Positions 11,699 to 21,533 of a stretch of DNA of 21,913 nt are shown here, one piece after another (the stretch's first letter is position 1; every line of letters begins with the position of its first letter). The notes under the pieces were generated by a model, which did not search any database, was not told where the DNA came from, and saw nothing but the letters and a program-made list of their open reading frames with translations. Where the stretch lies: IMG/VR virus record IMGVR_UViG_2675903253_000001; one strand, written 5' to 3'. A program made the translations under genes and the position numbers. The stretch is from a virus. Its lineage: Duplodnaviria; Heunggongvirae; Uroviricota; Caudoviricetes.

Positions 11699-14252
11699 AC
11701 CGGTAGGCGATCTGGTCGTTGATTTGAGTCTGGATGCGGCCAGATTTGACGAGCAGATGGCCAGAGTCAGGCGTCATTTTTCCGGTACGGAAAGTGATGC
11801 GAAAAAAACAGCGGCAGTCGTTGAACAGTCGCTGAGCCGACAGGCGCTGGCTGCACAGAAAGCGGGGATTTCCGTCGGGCAGTATAAAGCCGCCATGCGT
11901 ATGCTGCCTGCACAGTTCACCGACGTGGCCACGCAGCTTGCAGGGGGGCAGAATCCCTGGCTGATCCTGCTGCAACAGGGTGGTCAGGTTAAGGACTCCT
12001 TCGGCGGGATGATCCCCATGTTCAGGGGGCTTGCCGGCGCGATCACCCTGCCGATGGTGGGGGCCACCTCGCTGGCGGTGGCGACCGGTGCGCTGGCGTA
12101 TGCCTGGTATCAGGGCAACTCAACCCTGTCCGATTTCAACAAAACGCTGGTCCTTTCCGGTAATCAGGCGGGACTGACGGCAGATCGTATGCTGGTCCTG
12201 TCCAGAGCCGGGCAGGCGGCAGGGCTGACGTTTAACCAGACCAGCGAGTCACTCAGCGCACTGGTTAAGGCGGGGGTAAGCGGTGAGGCTCAGATTGCGT
12301 CCATCAGCCAGAGTGTGGCGCGTTTCTCCTATGCATCCGGCGTGGAGGTGGACAAGGTCGCTGAAGCCTTCGGGAAGCTGACCACAGACCCGACGTCGGG
12401 GCTGACGGCGATGGCACGCCAGTTCCATAACGTGACGGCGGAGCAGATTGCGTATGTTGCTCAGTTGCAGCGTTCCGGCGATGAAGCCGGGGCATTGCAG
12501 GCGGCGAACGAGGCCGCAACGAAAGGGTTTGATGACCAGACCCGCCGCCTGAAAGAGAACATGGGCACGCTGGAGACCTGGGCAGACAGGACTGCACGTG
12601 CATTCAAATCCATGTGGGATGCGGTGCTGGATATTGGTCGTCCTGATACCGCGCAGGAGATGCTGATTAAGGCAGAGGCTGCGTTTAAGAAAGCAGACGA
12701 CATCTGGAATCTGCGCAAGGATGATTATTTCGTTAACGATGAAGCACGGGCGCGTTACTGGGATGATCGTGAAAAAAAACGCCTGGAGCGGGATGCAGCC
12801 CAAAAGAGGGTAGATCAACAGCGTCAACAGGACAAAAATGCGCAGCAGCAGAGCGATACCGAAGCGTCACGGCTGAAATATACCGAAGAGGCGCAGAAGG
12901 CTTACGAACGGCTGCAGACGCCGCTGGAGAAATATACCGCCCGTCAGGAAGAACTGAACAAGGCACTGAAAGACGGAAAAATCCTGCAGGCAGATTACAA
13001 CACGCTGATGGCGGCGGCGAAAAAGGATTATGAAGCGACGCTGAAAAAGCCGAAACAGTCCGGCGTGAAGGTGTATGCGGGCGATCGTCAGGAAGACAGT
13101 GCTCATGCGGCCCTGCTGACGCTTCAGGCAGAACTCCGGACGCTGGAGAAGCATGCCGGAGCGAATGAGAAAATCAGCCAGCAGCGCCGGGATTTGTGGA
13201 AGGCAGAAAGTCAGTTCGCGGTACTGGAGGAGGCGGCACAACGTCGCCAGCTGTCCGCACAGGAGAAATCCCTGCTGGCGCATAAAGACGAGACGCTGGA
13301 GTACAAACGCCAGCTGGCTGCACTTGGTGACAAGGTTACGTATCAGGAGCACCTGAATGCGCTGGCGCAGCAGGCGGATAAATTCGCACAGCAGCAACGG
13401 GCAAAACGGGCAGCCATTGATGCGAAAAACCGGGGGCTGACTGACCGGCAGGCAGCGCGGGAAGCCACGGAACAGCGCCTGAAGGAACAGTATGGCGATA
13501 ATCCTCTGGCGCTGAATAACGTCATGTCAGAGCAGAAAAAGACCTGGGCGGCTGAAGACCAGCTTCGCGGGAGCTGGATGGCAGGCCTGAAGTCCGGCTG
13601 GAGTGAGTGGGAAGAGAGCGCCACGGACAGTATGTCACAGGTTAAAAGTGCAGCCACGCAGACCTTTGATGGTATTGCACAGAATATGGCGGCGATGCTG
13701 ACCGGCAGTGAACAGAACTGGCGCAGCTTCACCCGCTCCGTGCTGTCCATGATGACAGAAATTCTGCTTAAGCAGGCAATGGTGGGGATTGTCGGGAGTA
13801 TCGGCAGCGCCATTGGCGGGGCTGTTGGTGGCGGCGCATCCGCGTCAGGTGGTACAGCCATTCAGGCCGCTGCGGTGAAATTCCATTTTGCAACCGGGGG
13901 ATTTACGGGAACCGGCGGCAAATATGAGCCAGCGGGGATTGTTCACCGTGGTGAATTTGTCTTCACGAAGGAGGCAACCAGCCGGATTGGCGTGGGGAAT
14001 CTCTACCGGCTGATGCGCGGCTATGCGGAAGGTGGTTATGTGGGCGGTGCCGGAAGTCCGGCGCAGATGCGGCGGGCTGAAGGCATTAATTTTAATCAGA
14101 ACAATCACGTGGTGATTCAGAACGACGGTACGAATGGTCTGCCAGGTCCACAGATGATGAAGGCCGTGTATGACATGGCCCGCAAGGGTGCCCGTGATGA
14201 AATTCAGACACAGATGCGTGATGGTGGCCTGTTCTCCGGAGGTGGACGATGA
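11691..14252 (+). CDS. H: Tail tape measure protein gpH (853 aa)
   Basis: ORF 11691..14252, 853 aa as in lambda. Long Ala/Gln/Lys-rich predicted helical protein. Position between G-T and M. Confidence 0.95.
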   Translation: MAEPVGDLVVDLSLDAARFDEQMARVRRHFSGTESDAKKTAAVVEQSLSRQALAAQKAGISVGQYKAAMRMLPAQFTDVATQLAGGQNPWLILLQQGGQVKDSFGGMIPMFRGLAGAITLPMVGATSLAVATGALAYAWYQGNSTLSDFNKTLVLSGNQAGLTADRMLVLSRAGQAAGLTFNQTSESLSALVKAGVSGEAQIASISQSVARFSYASGVEVDKVAEAFGKLTTDPTSGLTAMARQFHNVTAEQIAYVAQLQRSGDEAGALQAANEAATKGFDDQTRRLKENMGTLETWADRTARAFKSMWDAVLDIGRPDTAQEMLIKAEAAFKKADDIWNLRKDDYFVNDEARARYWDDREKKRLERDAAQKRVDQQRQQDKNAQQQSDTEASRLKYTEEAQKAYERLQTPLEKYTARQEELNKALKDGKILQADYNTLMAAAKKDYEATLKKPKQSGVKVYAGDRQEDSAHAALLTLQAELRTLEKHAGANEKISQQRRDLWKAESQFAVLEEAAQRRQLSAQEKSLLAHKDETLEYKRQLAALGDKVTYQEHLNALAQQADKFAQQQRAKRAAIDAKNRGLTDRQAAREATEQRLKEQYGDNPLALNNVMSEQKKTWAAEDQLRGSWMAGLKSGWSEWEESATDSMSQVKSAATQTFDGIAQNMAAMLTGSEQNWRSFTRSVLSMMTEILLKQAMVGIVGSIGSAIGGAVGGGASASGGTAIQAAAVKFHFATGGFTGTGGKYEPAGIVHRGEFVFTKEATSRIGVGNLYRLMRGYAEGGYVGGAGSPAQMRRAEGINFNQNNHVVIQNDGTNGLPGPQMMKAVYDMARKGARDEIQTQMRDGGLFSGGGR

Positions 14253-14578
14253 AAACCTTCCGCTGGAAAGTGAAACCCGGTATGGATGTGGCTTCGGCCC
14301 CTTCTGTAAGAAAGGTGCGCTTTGGTGATGGCTATTCCCAGCGAGCGCCTGCCGGGCTGAATGCCAACCTGAAAACGTACAGCGTGACGCTTTCTGTCCC
14401 CCGTGAGGAGGCCATGGTACTGGAGTCGTTTCTGGAAGAGCACGGGGGCTGGAAAGCCTTTCTGTGGACGCCGCCTTATGAGTGGCGGCAGATAAAGGTG
14501 ACCTGCGCAAAATGGTCGTCGCGGGTCAGTATGCTGCGTGTTGAGTTCAGCGCAGAGTTTGAACAGGTGGTGAACTGA
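14249..14578 (+). CDS. M: Tail tip assembly protein gpM (109 aa)
   Basis: ORF 14249..14578. MKTFRWKVKPGMDVASAPSVRKVRFGDGYSQ... matches lambda M. Start overlaps the H stop. Confidence 0.93.
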   Translation: MKTFRWKVKPGMDVASAPSVRKVRFGDGYSQRAPAGLNANLKTYSVTLSVPREEAMVLESFLEEHGGWKAFLWTPPYEWRQIKVTCAKWSSRVSMLRVEFSAEFEQVVN

Positions 14579-15276
14579 TGCAGGATATCCGGCAGGAAAC
14601 ACTGAATGAATGCACCCGTGCGGAGCAGTCGGCCAGCGTGGTGCTCTGGGAAATCGATCTGACAGAGGTCGGTGGAGAACGTTATTTTTTCTGTAATGAG
14701 CAGAACGAAAAAGGTGAGCCGGTCACCTGGCAGGGGCGACAGTATCAGCCGTATCCCATTCAGGGGAGTGGTTTTGAACTGAATGGCAAAGGCACCAGTA
14801 CGCGCCCCACGCTGATGGTTTCTAACCTGTACGGTATGGTCACCGGGATGGCGGAAGATCTACAGAGTCTGGTCGGCGGAACGGTGGTCCGGCGTAAGGT
14901 TTACGCCCGTTTTCTGGATGCGGTGAACTTCGTCAACGGAAACAGTGACGCCGATCCGGAGCAGGAGGTGATCAGCCGCTGGCGCATTGAGCAGTGCAGC
15001 GAACTGAGCGCGGTGAGTGCCTCTTTTGTACTGTCCACGCCGACGGAAACAGATGGCGCTGTTTTTCCGGGACGTATCATGCTGGCCAACACCTGCACCT
15101 GGACCTATCGCGGCGATGAGTGCGGTTATCACGGTCCGGCGGTCGCGGATGAATATGACCAGCCAACGTCCGACATCACGAAGGATAAATGCAGCAAATG
15201 CCTGAGTGGCTGTAAGTTTCGCAATAACGTCGGCAACTTTGGCGGCTTCCTTTCCATTAACAAACTTTCGCAGTAA
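14578..15276 (+). CDS. L: Tail tip protein gpL (232 aa), cysteine-rich C-terminus
   Basis: ORF 14578..15276 with start overlapping the M stop (TGATG). C-terminal cysteines (CTWTYRGDECGYHG...CSKCLSGCKF) are consistent with the Fe-S cluster reported for gpL. Confidence 0.93.
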   Translation: MQDIRQETLNECTRAEQSASVVLWEIDLTEVGGERYFFCNEQNEKGEPVTWQGRQYQPYPIQGSGFELNGKGTSTRPTLMVSNLYGMVTGMAEDLQSLVGGTVVRRKVYARFLDAVNFVNGNSDADPEQEVISRWRIEQCSELSAVSASFVLSTPTETDGAVFPGRIMLANTCTWTYRGDECGYHGPAVADEYDQPTSDITKDKCSKCLSGCKFRNNVGNFGGFLSINKLSQ

Positions 15277-15281
15277 ATCCC

Positions 15282-16025
15282 ATGACAGAGACAGAATCAG
15301 CGATTCTGGCGCACGCCCGGCGATGTGCTCCAGCGGAGTCGTGCGGCTTCGTGGTAAGAACGCCGGAGGGGGAAAGATATTTCCCCTGCGTGAATATCTC
15401 CGGTGAGCCGGAGGCGTATTTCCGTATGTCGCCGGAAGACTGGCTGCAGGCAGAGATGCAGGGGGAGATTGTGGCACTGGTCCACAGCCACCCCGGTGGT
15501 CTGCCCTGGCTGAGTGAGGCCGACCGGCGGCTGCAGGTGCAGAGTGATTTGCCGTGGTGGCTGGTCTGCCGGGGGGCGATTCACAAGTTCCGCTGTGTGC
15601 CACATCTTACCGGGCGGCGCTTTGAGCACGGGGTGACGGACTGTTACACGCTGTTCCGGGATGCTTACCATCTGGCGGGGATTGAGATGCCGGATTTTCA
15701 TCGTGAGGATGACTGGTGGCGTCACGGTCAGAATCTCTATCTGGATAATCTGGAGGCCACAGGGCTGTATCAGGTGCCGTTGTCAGCGGCGCAGCCGGGC
15801 GATGTGCTGCTGTGCTGTTTTGGTTCATCGGTGCCGAATCATGCCGCCATTTACTGTGGTGACGGCGAGCTGCTGCACCATATTCCTGAACAACTGAGCA
15901 AACGAGAGAGGTATACCGACAAATGGCAGCGACGCACACACTCCCTCTGGCGTCACCGGGCATGGCACGCATCTGCCTTTACGGGGATTTGCAACGATTT
16001 GGCCGCCGCATCGACCTTCGTGTGA
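15282..16025 (+). CDS. K: Tail tip assembly protein gpK (247 aa) with JAB/MPN (JAMM motif HSHPGG) and NlpC/P60-like domains
   Basis: ORF 15282..16025. The JAMM-type motif ...EIVALVHSHPGG... is visible in the N-terminal half. Position between L and I. Confidence 0.92.
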   Translation: MTETESAILAHARRCAPAESCGFVVRTPEGERYFPCVNISGEPEAYFRMSPEDWLQAEMQGEIVALVHSHPGGLPWLSEADRRLQVQSDLPWWLVCRGAIHKFRCVPHLTGRRFEHGVTDCYTLFRDAYHLAGIEMPDFHREDDWWRHGQNLYLDNLEATGLYQVPLSAAQPGDVLLCCFGSSVPNHAAIYCGDGELLHHIPEQLSKRERYTDKWQRRTHSLWRHRAWHASAFTGICNDLAAASTFV

Positions 16026-16594
16026 AAACGGGTGCCGAAGCCATCCGGGCGATGGCCACACAGCTCCCTGCGTTTCGTCAGAAGCTGAGCGACGGCTGGT
16101 ATCAGGTGCGTATTGCCGGGCAGGATGTTAGCACGTCCGGATTAACGGCACAGTTACATGAGGCTCTGCCTGACGGCGCTGTGATTCATATTGTTCCCAG
16201 AGTCGCCGGGGCCAAGTCAGGTGGTGTATTCCAGATTGTCCTGGGAGCAGCCGCCATTGCCGGATCATTCTTTACCGCCGGAGCCACCCTTGCAGCATGG
16301 GGGGCTGCCATTGGTGCCGGTGGTATGACCGGCATTCTGTTTTCTCTCGGTGCCAGTATGGTGCTCGGCGGTGTGGCTCAGATGCTGGCACCGAAAGCCA
16401 GAACTCCCCGCACACAGACAACGGATAACGGTAAGCAGAACACCTATTTCTCCTCACTGGATAACATGGTTGCCCAGGGCAATGTTATGCCTGTTCTGTA
16501 TGGTGAAATGCGCGTGGGGTCACGTGTGGTATCTCAGGAGATCAGCACGGCAGACGAAGGGGACGGTGGTCAGGTTGTGGTGATTGGTCGCTGA
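15923..16594 (+). CDS. I: Tail tip assembly protein gpI (223 aa)
   Basis: ORF 15923..16594. MAATHTLPLASPGMARICLYGDLQRFGRRIDLRVKTG... matches lambda I. Overlaps the 3' end of K in another frame, as in lambda. Confidence 0.92.
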   Translation: MAATHTLPLASPGMARICLYGDLQRFGRRIDLRVKTGAEAIRAMATQLPAFRQKLSDGWYQVRIAGQDVSTSGLTAQLHEALPDGAVIHIVPRVAGAKSGGVFQIVLGAAAIAGSFFTAGATLAAWGAAIGAGGMTGILFSLGASMVLGGVAQMLAPKARTPRTQTTDNGKQNTYFSSLDNMVAQGNVMPVLYGEMRVGSRVVSQEISTADEGDGGQVVVIGR

Positions 16595-16654
16595 TGCAAA
16601 ATGTTTTATGTGAAATCGCCTCCGGGCGGTTTTATCGTTTATGGAGCATGACGA

Positions 16655-19600
16655 ATGGGTAAAGGCAGCAGTAAGGGGCATACCCCGCGCGAAGCGAAGG
16701 ACAACCTGAAGTCCACGCAGCTGCTGAGTGTGATCGATGCCATCAGNGAAGGGCCGGTTGAAGGTCCGGTGGATGGATTAAAAAGCGTGCTGCTGAACAG
16801 TACGCCGGTGCTGGACAGTGAGGGGAATACCAACATCTCCGGCGTCACGGTGGTGTTCCGGGCAGGTGAGCAGGAGCAGTCACCGCCGGAGGGATTTGAA
16901 TCCTCCGGCTCCGAGACGGTGCTGGGTACGGAAGTGAAATATGACACGCCGATCACCCGGACCATCACGTCGGCAAACATTGACCGACTGCGTTTTACCT
17001 TCGGTGTACAGGCACTGGTGGAAACCACCTCAAAGGGAGACAGGAATCCGTCTGAAGTTCGCCTGCTGGTTCAGATACAGCGTAACGGTGGCTGGGTGAC
17101 GGAAAAAGACATCACCATTAAGGGCAAAACCACCTCGCAGTATCTGGCCTCGGTGGTGGTGGATAACCTGCCGCCGCGCCCGTTTAATATCCGGATGCGC
17201 AGAATGACGCCGGACAGCACCACAGACCAGCTGCAGAACAAAACGCTCTGGTCGTCATACACCGAAATCATCGATGTGAAACAGTGCTACCCGAACACTG
17301 CACTGGTCGGCGTACAGGTGGACTCGGAGCAGTTCGGCAGCCAGCAGGTGAGTCGTAATTATCATCTTCGCGGGCGCATTCTGCAGGTGCCGTCGAACTA
17401 TAATCCGCAGACGCGGCAATACAGCGGTATCTGGGACGGAACGTTAAAACCGGCATACAGCAACAACATGGCCTGGTGTCTGTGGGATATGCTGACCCAT
17501 CCGCGCTATGGCATGGGGAAACGTCTTGGTGCGGCAGATGTGGATAAATGGGCGCTGTATGTCATCGGCCAGTACTGTGACCAGTCGGTGCCGGACGGCT
17601 TTGGCAGCACGGAGCCGCGCATCACCTGTAATGCCTGGCTGACCACACAGCGCAAGGCGTGGGATGTGCTCAGTGATTTCTGCTCGGCGATGCGCTGTAT
17701 GCCGGTATGGAACGGGCAGACGCTGACGTTCGTGCAGGACCGACAGTCGGATAAGGTGTGGGCCTATAACCGCAGTAATGTGGTGATGCCGGATGATGGC
17801 GCGCCGTTCCGCTACAGTTTCAGCGCCCTGAAAGACCGCCATAATGCCGTTGAGGTGAACTGGATTGACCCGGATAACGGCTGGGAGACGGCGACAGAGC
17901 TTGTGGAGGATACGCAGGCCATTGTCCGTTACGGTCGTAACGTCACGAAGATGGATGCCTTTGGCTGTACCAGCCGGGGGCAGGCACACCGCGCCGGGCT
18001 GTGGCTGATTAAAACGGAACTGCTGGAGACGCAGACCGTGGATTTCAGCGTGGGTGCTGAAGGGCTTCGTCATGTACCGGGCGATGTCATTGAAATCTGC
18101 GATGATGACTATGCCGGTATCCGCACCGGCGGGCGCGTGCTGGCGGTGAACAGCCAGACCCGGACGCTGACGCTCGACCGTGAAATCACGCTGCCATCCT
18201 CCGGCACCACGCTGATAAGCCTGGTTGACGGGCAGGGGAATCCGGTCAGCGTGGAGGTCCAGTCCGTCACCGACGGCGTGAAGGTAAAAGTGAGCCGTGT
18301 TCCTGACGGTGTTGCTGAATACAGCGTGTGGGGGCTGAAGCTGCCGACGCTGCACCAGCGATTGTTCCGCTGCGTGAGTATCCGTGAGAACGACGACGGC
18401 ACGTATGCCATCACCGCCGTGCAGCATGTGCCGGAAAAAGAAGCCATCGTGGATAACGGGGCGCACTTTGACGGCGACCAGAGCGGCACGGTGAATGGTG
18501 TCACGCCGCCAGCGGTGCAGCACCTGACTGCCGAAGTCACCGCAGACAGCGGGGAATATCAGGTGCTGGCGCGCTGGGACACGCCGAAGGTGGTGAAGGG
18601 CGTGAGCTTCCTGCTCCGTCTGACCGTAACAGCGGATGACGGCAGTGAGCGGCTGGTCAGCACGGCCCGGACGACGGAAACCACNTGGGAGACGGCGACA
18701 GAGCTTGTGGAGGATACGCAGGCCATTGCCCGTTACGGTCGTAACGTCACGAAGATGGATGCTTTTGGCTGTACCAGCCGGGGGCAGGCACACCGCGCCG
18801 GGCTGTGGCTGATTAAAACAGAACTGCTGGAAACGCAGACCGTGGACTTCAGCGTGGGCGCAGAAGGGCTTCGCCATGTGCCGGGCGATGTCATTGAAAT
18901 CTGTGATGATGACTATGCGGGTATCAGCATCGGCGGGCGCGTGCTGGCGGTAAACAGCCAGACCCGGACGCTGACGCTCGACCGTGAAATCACGCTGCCA
19001 TCCTCCGGTACCATGCTGATAAGCCTGGTTGACGGAAGTGGCAATCCGGTCAGCGTGGAGGTTCAGTCCGTCACCGACGGCGTGAAGGTGAAAGTGAGCC
19101 GTGTTCCTGNNNNNNNNNNNNNNNNNNNNNNNNNNNNNNNNNNNNNNNNNNNNNNNNNNNNNNNNNNNNNNNNNNNNNNNNNNNNNNNNNNNNNNNNNNN
19201 NNNNNNNNNNNNNNNNNNNNNNNNNNNNNNNNNNNNNNNNNNNNNNNNNNNNNNNNNNNNNNNNNNNNNNNNNNNNNNNNNNNNNNNNNNNNNNNNNNNN
19301 NNNNNNNNNNNNNNNNNNNNNNNNNNNNNNNNNNNNNNNNNNNNNNNNNNNNNNNNNNNNNNNNNNNNNNNNNNNNNNNNNNNNNNNNNNNNNNNNNNNN
19401 NNNNNNNNNNNNNNNNNNNNNNNNNNNNNNNNNNNNNNNNNNNNNNNNNNNNNNNNNNNNNNNNNNNNNNNNNNNNNNNNNNNNNNNNNNNNGAAATCAC
19501 GCTGCCATCCTCCGGTACCATGCTGATAAGCCTGGTTGACGGAAGTGGCAATCCGGTCAGCGTGGAGGTTCAGTCCGTCACCGACGGCGTGAAGGTGAAA

Positions 19601-21463
19601 GTGAGCCGTGTTCCTGACGGCGTTGCTGAATACAGCGTGTGGGGGCTGAAGCTGCCGACGTTGCGCCAGCGCCTGTTCCGCTGTGTGAGTATCCGTGAGA
19701 ACGATGACGGCACGTATGCCATCACTGCCGTGCAGCATGTACCGGAAAAAGAAGCCATCGTGGATAACGGGGCGCACTTTGACGGCGACCAGAGCGGCAC
19801 GGTGAATGGTGTCACGCCGCCAGCGGTGCAGCACCTGACTGCCGAAGTCACCGCAGACAGCGGGGAATATCAGGTGCTGGCGCGCTGGGACACGCCGAAG
19901 GTGGTGAAGGGGGTGAGCTTTATGCTTCGCCTGACCGTGGCAGCGGATGACGGCAGTGAGCGGCTGGTCAGCACGGCCCGGACGACGGAAACCACATACC
20001 GCTTCACGCAACTGGCGCTGGGACGGTACACGCTGACAGTCCGGGCGGTAAATGCCTGGGGACAGCAGGGCGATCCGGCGTCGGTATCGTTCCGGATTGC
20101 CGCACCGGCAGCGCTGTCGCGGATTGAGCTGACGCCGGGCTATTTTCAGATAACCGCCACGCCGCATCTTGCGGTTTATGATCCGACGGTACAGTTTGAG
20201 TTCTGGTTCTCGGAAAAGCGGATTGCGGATATCAGGCAGGTTGAAACCACAGCACGCTATCTTGGCACGGCGCTGTACTGGATAGCCGCCAGTATCAATA
20301 TCAAACCGGGCCATGATTATTACTTTTATATCCGCAGTGTGAACACCGTTGGCAAATCGGCATTCGTGGAGGCTGTTGGTCAGCCGAGTGATGATGCATC
20401 CGGTTATCTGGATTTTTTCAAAGGCGAGATAGGGAAAACCCATCTGGCTCAGGAGCTGTGGACGCAGATTGATAACGGTCAGCTTGCGCCTGACCTGGCT
20501 GAAATCAGGACGTCCATTACGGATGTCAGCAATGAAATCACGCAGACCGTCAATAAGAAACTGGAAGACCAGAGTGCGGCAATTCAGCAGATACAGAAGG
20601 TTCAGGTTGATACAAATAATAACCTGAACAGCATGTGGGCTGTGAAGCTGCAGCAGATGCAGGACGGACGCCTTTATATCGCGGGTATTGGTGCCGGTAT
20701 TGAGAACACCCCTGACGGCATGCAGAGTCAGGTGCTGCTGGCGGCGGACAGGATTGCGATGGTTAATCCTGCGAATGGCAACACAAAACCGATGTTTGTT
20801 GGTCAGGGCGATCAGATATTCATGAACGACGTGTTCCTGAAACGCCTGACGGCCCCCACCATTACCAGCGGTGGAAATCCATCGGCATTTTCCCTGACTC
20901 CGGACGGAAAGCTGACCGCTAAAAATGCGGATATCAGTGGCAGTGTGAATGCGAACGCCGGGACGCTCAACAATGTCACGGTAAATGAAAACTGTACGAT
21001 TAAGGGCATGCTGGAGGCGACTCAGGTCAGAGGTGACTTCGTTAAAGCTGTATCCAAATCATTTCCGAAACAGGCTGGTACGTGGGGTAACACGGAAACA
21101 CCAAACGGGACGGTTACAGTCACCATAAGCGATGATCATAACTTTGACCGCCAGATTATTATTCCGCCCATTATTTTTAACGGTATAGCGTATGACGATC
21201 CGGGGAGCGGAAATAACCCAGGAGGCACGCGATACACGGGTTATGGTTTTGAAGTTCGCAAAAACGGCGTATTAATCGCATCCAGAGAAACTAAAGGTGC
21301 CATTCCCGGTAGTTACAGTGCAGTTATTGATATGCCTAGTGGTGGTGGTAGCGTCACTCTGGAGTTTAAGATTTTCCAGAAAGGCAATCAGGGGGCAGGC
21401 AATATCACCGACTGTACGGTGATTGTGACCAAAAAAGCGGCTTCCGGCATCAGTATTCGTTGA
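16655..21463 (+). CDS. J: Central tail fiber/host specificity protein gpJ; the apparent 1602-codon ORF includes an in-frame duplicated segment and a 383-N gap, so the true length is uncertain
   Basis: ORF 16655..21463 starts [30 protein letters not shown], the lambda J N-terminus. Most of the body matches lambda J. Internal tandem repeat and N-run are listed separately. The C-terminal ~350 aa diverge from my recollection of lambda J. Ambiguous bases at 16747 and 18685. Confidence 0.85.
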   Translation: MGKGSSKGHTPREAKDNLKSTQLLSVIDAIXEGPVEGPVDGLKSVLLNSTPVLDSEGNTNISGVTVVFRAGEQEQSPPEGFESSGSETVLGTEVKYDTPITRTITSANIDRLRFTFGVQALVETTSKGDRNPSEVRLLVQIQRNGGWVTEKDITIKGKTTSQYLASVVVDNLPPRPFNIRMRRMTPDSTTDQLQNKTLWSSYTEIIDVKQCYPNTALVGVQVDSEQFGSQQVSRNYHLRGRILQVPSNYNPQTRQYSGIWDGTLKPAYSNNMAWCLWDMLTHPRYGMGKRLGAADVDKWALYVIGQYCDQSVPDGFGSTEPRITCNAWLTTQRKAWDVLSDFCSAMRCMPVWNGQTLTFVQDRQSDKVWAYNRSNVVMPDDGAPFRYSFSALKDRHNAVEVNWIDPDNGWETATELVEDTQAIVRYGRNVTKMDAFGCTSRGQAHRAGLWLIKTELLETQTVDFSVGAEGLRHVPGDVIEICDDDYAGIRTGGRVLAVNSQTRTLTLDREITLPSSGTTLISLVDGQGNPVSVEVQSVTDGVKVKVSRVPDGVAEYSVWGLKLPTLHQRLFRCVSIRENDDGTYAITAVQHVPEKEAIVDNGAHFDGDQSGTVNGVTPPAVQHLTAEVTADSGEYQVLARWDTPKVVKGVSFLLRLTVTADDGSERLVSTARTTETXWETATELVEDTQAIARYGRNVTKMDAFGCTSRGQAHRAGLWLIKTELLETQTVDFSVGAEGLRHVPGDVIEICDDDYAGISIGGRVLAVNSQTRTLTLDREITLPSSGTMLISLVDGSGNPVSVEVQSVTDGVKVKVSRVPXXXXXXXXXXXXXXXXXXXXXXXXXXXXXXXXXXXXXXXXXXXXXXXXXXXXXXXXXXXXXXXXXXXXXXXXXXXXXXXXXXXXXXXXXXXXXXXXXXXXXXXXXXXXXXXXXXXXXXXXXXXXXXXXEITLPSSGTMLISLVDGSGNPVSVEVQSVTDGVKVKVSRVPDGVAEYSVWGLKLPTLRQRLFRCVSIRENDDGTYAITAVQHVPEKEAIVDNGAHFDGDQSGTVNGVTPPAVQHLTAEVTADSGEYQVLARWDTPKVVKGVSFMLRLTVAADDGSERLVSTARTTETTYRFTQLALGRYTLTVRAVNAWGQQGDPASVSFRIAAPAALSRIELTPGYFQITATPHLAVYDPTVQFEFWFSEKRIADIRQVETTARYLGTALYWIAASINIKPGHDYYFYIRSVNTVGKSAFVEAVGQPSDDASGYLDFFKGEIGKTHLAQELWTQIDNGQLAPDLAEIRTSITDVSNEITQTVNKKLEDQSAAIQQIQKVQVDTNNNLNSMWAVKLQQMQDGRLYIAGIGAGIENTPDGMQSQVLLAADRIAMVNPANGNTKPMFVGQGDQIFMNDVFLKRLTAPTITSGGNPSAFSLTPDGKLTAKNADISGSVNANAGTLNNVTVNENCTIKGMLEATQVRGDFVKAVSKSFPKQAGTWGNTETPNGTVTVTISDDHNFDRQIIIPPIIFNGIAYDDPGSGNNPGGTRYTGYGFEVRKNGVLIASRETKGAIPGSYSAVIDMPSGGGSVTLEFKIFQKGNQGAGNITDCTVIVTKKAASGISIR
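17882..19616 (+). repeat. In-frame tandem duplication within J: copy 1 at 17882-18685, copy 2 starting at 18686 (period 804 bp = 268 codons), interrupted by the N-gap; 19493-19616 is identical to 18986-19109
   Basis: Direct comparison of sequence: tgggagacggcgacagagcttgtggaggatacgcaggcc... recurs at 17882 and 18686, and gaaatcacgctgccatcctccgg... at 18182, 18986 and 19493. The copies differ at scattered SNPs (for example [46 protein letters not shown]). The junction base at 18685 is n. Confidence 0.8.
19110..19492. other. Assembly gap (383 consecutive N) inside J
   Basis: Run of n from 19110 to 19492. The 124 bp on each side (18986-19109 and 19493-19616) are identical, typical of an unresolved repeat or scaffold join. 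Confidence 0.95.
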
Positions 21464-21485
21464 AATATTTATAACCCCAATAAAT

Positions 21486-21512
21486 GGCGTCAGGAATGAC
21501 GCCTTTTTTATT
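21486..21512 (+). terminator. Candidate Rho-independent terminator downstream of J (ggcgtca-ggaa-tgacgcc followed by ttttttatt)
   Basis: Perfect 7-bp inverted repeat at 21486-21503 with a 4-nt loop and a T-run at 21504-21512, 23 nt after the J stop codon. Confidence 0.65.
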
Positions 21513-21533
21513 GCAGAAAAGCGAGAGGTAATT

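Noticed and set aside
13845-14510. 221-aa minus-strand ORF overlapping the H 3' end and M
   Set aside because: Antisense to the tape measure and M genes; no independent support.
14860-15603. 247-aa minus-strand ORF overlapping L and K
   Set aside because: Antisense shadow ORF across two confidently identified tail genes. Its Pro/Ala/Arg-rich translation is not protein-like.
17882-19616. Possibility that the repeats in J are a CRISPR array or mobile-element terminal repeats
   Set aside because: The repeat unit is 804 bp of in-frame coding sequence homologous to J itself, with no short direct repeats and spacers and no transposase. It is a coding duplication or an assembly artefact.
17444-20443. 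999-aa minus-strand ORF antisense to J
   Set aside because: It runs through the N-gap as X residues and lies entirely antisense to the well-supported J gene. The translation is Arg/Pro/Ala/His-rich low-complexity sequence typical of spurious antisense ORFs in GC-rich coding DNA.
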